The position numbers were made by a program, and so were the translations under genes. Positions 60,801-64,000 of a stretch of 64,000 nt of DNA are shown in pieces; positions within the stretch are counted from its first letter, which is position 1, and every line of letters begins with the position of its first letter. Below the pieces are notes generated by a model. The model was given only the letters and a program-made list of their open reading frames with translations. It had not been told where the DNA came from and did not search any database. The stretch is from Hypanus sabinus. Its lineage: Eukaryota. The DNA lies in NCBI RefSeq assembly GCF_030144855.1, contig NW_026780939.1, forward strand, positions 1 to 64,000, given 5' to 3'.

Positions 60801-62168
60801 CAGTGAAGGCCCAGTCTGTCGAATTGTATTGAGTGCATTGGGTGTTTCGGGTAGTTGGAGCTCGTCAGCCTGTGTAGGCAGTCCATCGAAGAGGGGGAAT
60901 ACTCTGAGGGAAGGTGATTGCTGAGTTATAGGCACCGGATGACTAATTATTTACTGAGAGTCGGTACGAAATGTGAGATGCTACCAGAAGTATGGCTCTG
61001 GAATAAACAGTTCCAATTGGTCTGGATACATCGGACCTTTTTCCTGCATCTGGCATTGTAATATTCCTACTGAGATACTGCTTGATACGCAACCTCTCCG
61101 AAACGCCGACGCGCAACTCTGCTGGGTCCCTCGTAGTCTGGCATTTTTCTTTCTCCGTTTGATTACCGACTACTCTCCTCATTTCCTGCCGCTGCCTGCA
61201 CAGAGTGACCGCCGGGGTTTCCTCGGCATGCTGTTGCTTCGTTCCACACCCCAACCATTACATTTTAATAGGTTAATTGTTCGCTGTAAACTGAAGGGTC
61301 GCTGGGACCGTGAAGCATTGTGCCAGCAAGACTCGGCGTTGGGAACTGACTTTAGAGACGGGTCTGTTCCCGGGGACTGATCCATAAGACCGAGCTGTAT
61401 TGGATAACATGAATTCAAATTTATCCTTCACGCCGAGGACAGGGCGTCGTGATGGAGGGCAGCCATTCTGCATGTGACAAGTGCCGGAGATGTCCTGGCG
61501 TTTAACTTGGATGAAAAAGGGGATGACTCATAAATATGTTTACAGGCAACACGAAAAGTGATGGAGTTGTGGATGCTGAAGGAGGTTGATCAAAGTGCAG
61601 ATGGGTTGAAAATGTGGGCATGGAGATCTTAACTTTGTCAAGGTAACACGGCCGTTCGGTCTCTGTTTCTGCCAAACGATAAGAGATATACGAGAATATC
61701 TCGTCGACAGGTAAGTCTCTGACTATGACCGTTCATACACTCCGTTTGATACGATCTGCAAAAACAAAAAGGTAAACATAGAAGCATAGAAAACATACAG
61801 CACAATGCAGGCCCTTCGGCCCACATGTCGCTACCTTAGAAATTACTGGGACTACGCATAACCCTTTATTTTTCAAAGCTCCATGTACCTATCCGAAAGA
61901 AACTTAAAGTACCCTATCGAATCCGCCTCCAAGACCGTTGCGAGCAGAGCATTTCACGCATTCACCACTCTGTGAGTAAAGAACAATACCCCTGATTTCT
62001 CCTGTGTATGTACTGCCCAGCACCTGAAATCCGTGTCCTCTTGTGGCAACCATTATAGCCCTGGGGAAAAGCCGCTGACTATGACTATGGCTATGTATGG
62101 TTATGTAGGGTCCTAGGGCACATATTTTCTGTGGACTATTATTTTAAAATGTCGAGAGAATGAGACTG
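57449..62168 (+). repeat. Recent segmental duplicate, copy 2
   Basis: Offset 8724-8739 bp from copy 1; contains the same CR1 pieces, GPCR exon 2 and 3' flank. Confidence 0.93.
59378..60300 (+). CDS. GPR139-like: GPCR gene 3, exon 2 (intact 7TM body)
   Basis: Acceptor at 59377; 306 open codons; 8 aa differences from gene 2 exon 2. Confidence 0.88.
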
Positions 62169-62183
62169 GCTTTTCGACACTGG

Positions 62184-62186
<3 letters not shown>

Positions 62187-62243
<57 letters not shown>
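62187..62243. repeat. (GA)n microsatellite
   Basis: Directly visible; similar GA tracts at 7380-7437 and 12636-12667. Confidence 0.95.
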
Positions 62244-62248
<5 letters not shown>

Positions 62249-62599
62249 TAATTTTATGGTTCCTAGGTTGATTGTTTACCTTTTCTCCAAGGACACTTTT
62301 GCCTGCTTGTTAAGATTCCTGCAAAGACAGCAGGAAGGTGCCGATTGATGGACAGCCGGTGTCCAGCATGTGCAGATAAAAAACAGGTCTGTTGGGACAC
62401 AGACAGACACACCACGGGACGTTGAATGAGCCGTGCACTGACGCGCAGATGAGGTTTTGGAGGATCGATCCCGGGAAATCGATCAGTGACAAACAGTGTG
62501 AAAAGGTGCAACCAGTGGGCAAGTATTCACGTGTCCTCCCTTGGCTGGTTGATAGTTCCACCACTAAAGAACGGTCGCCTTTAGACAAAGGAGAGAAGA

Positions 62600-64000
62600 C
62601 AGTATACAATAGGTGCAGACGAAGACTATTCAGCCTTTCGAGACTGCACCACCATTCTGAGATCTTGGCTGATCATCTACAATCAATAACCGGTTCCTGC
62701 CTTGTTCCCATATCCCTTGATTCTCCTATCCATAAGATACCAATCTAGCTCCTTCTTGAAAGCATCCAGTGCATTGCCACCCACTCTGCCTTCTGAGGCA
62801 GTACATTCCCTAACCCCACAATTCTCTGGGAGAAGAGGTTTTTCTTAACTCTGTCCTAAATGACCGACCCCTTATTCTTAAACTATGCCCTCTGGTACTG
62901 GATCTCCCTTCAACTGGAACATATTTACTGCCTCTGTTTTGTCCAATCCCTTATTAATCTTATATGTTGAAATCAGATCCCATCTCTTTCTCCTTACTTC
63001 CAGCGAGTACAAGCCCAGTCTCTCTAACCTCTCAGCGTAAGACAGTCCGGACATCCCAGGAATTAAACTTGTGAATCTACGCTGCACTTCCTCTACAACC
63101 AGGATGTCCTTCCTTAACACTGGAGACTAAAACTGTACACAGTATTCTAGGTGTGGTCTCACCAGGGCCCTGTACAAATGCAAAACGATTTCCTTGCTCT
63201 TGTACTCAATTCCCTTTGTAATATAGGCCAACATTCCATTAGCCTTCTTCAGTGCCTGCTGCACTTGCTCATTCACCTTCAGTGACTGATGAACAAGGAC
63301 TCCTAGATTTCTTTGTATTTCTCCCTAATTTAACTCTACACCATTCAGATAATAATCTGCCTTCCTGTTCTTTTTCCCAAAGTGGATAACCTCACACTTA
63401 TTCACCTTAAACGTTATCTGCCAAGTATCAGCCCACTCACCCAGCCTATCCAAGTCACCCTGAATTCTCCTAACATCCTCATCACATGTCACACTGCCAC
63501 CCAGCTTCGTATCATCAGCAAACTTGCTGATGTTATTCTCAATGCCTCCATCCAAATCGTCGATGTAAATCGTAAACAGCTGTGGTCGCAATACCGAGCC
63601 CTGTGACACTCCACTAGTCACCACCTGCCATTCCGAGAAACACCCATTAACCACTACCCTTTGCTTTCTATCTGCCAACCAGTTTACTATGCATGTCAAT
63701 ATCTTCCCCCCAATGCCATGAGCCCTCATTTTACCCACCAATTTCCTATGTGGGACCTTATCAAATGCCTTCTGAAAATCGAGGTACACTCCATCCACTG
63801 GATCTCCCTTGTCGAACTTCCTGGTTACATCCTCGAAAAACTCCAATAGATTAGTCAAGCATGATTTGACCTTGGTAGATCCATGCTGGCTCGTCCCAAT
63901 CCTATCACTGCTATCTAGATTTGCCACTATTTCATTTTAAGAATGGACTCTAGCATCTTCCCCACTACTGATGTTAGGCTGACAGGACGATAGTTCTCTG
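62600..64000 (-). mobile_element. CR1 LINE, RT and 3' end (runs off the window)
   Basis: 200-aa ORF with YLDFQKAFDKVPH, VTSGVSQGSVL, FADDTKLGG. Confidence 0.93.

Noticed and set aside
1-64000. D, J or C segments
   Set aside because: No 12-RSS, no FGxG J motif next to an RSS and no C-domain exon was found by eye.
1-64000. CRISPR arrays, rRNA or genuine tRNA genes
   Set aside because: No spacer-repeat arrays or rRNA motifs; the tRNA-like boxes belong to SINEs and do not form a cloverleaf by eye.

Overview
Vertebrate genomic DNA, most likely from a cartilaginous fish (inferred from the CR1/SINE repeat families and the V-gene sequences; species not determinable). Left third (1-21.9 kb): a T-cell receptor V array of seven segments resembling TCR-beta V of the TRBV30 type. 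Each has a 23-bp-spacer RSS and six have a separate leader exon. They form a tandemly repeated three-gene cassette A(-) B(+) C(-) with a period of about 10.5-11.5 kb: four intact-looking genes and three pseudogenes. No D, J or C segment is in the window. Right two thirds: a cluster of two-exon class A GPCR genes of the GPR139/GPR142-like type. It contains one intact exon 1 whose own exon 2 is dead, one intact exon 2 with no exon 1 of its own, and one intact exon 2 whose exon 1 carries a stop codon. These sit among dense CR1 LINE debris plus L1-, Rex1- and R4-like fragments, SINEs and a probable solo LTR. Strong CTCF-type motifs point left inside the V cassettes and right in the GPCR units, suggesting a domain boundary at about 22-30 kb. 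Four N gaps occur. All alignments were done by eye, and transposon boundaries are approximate.
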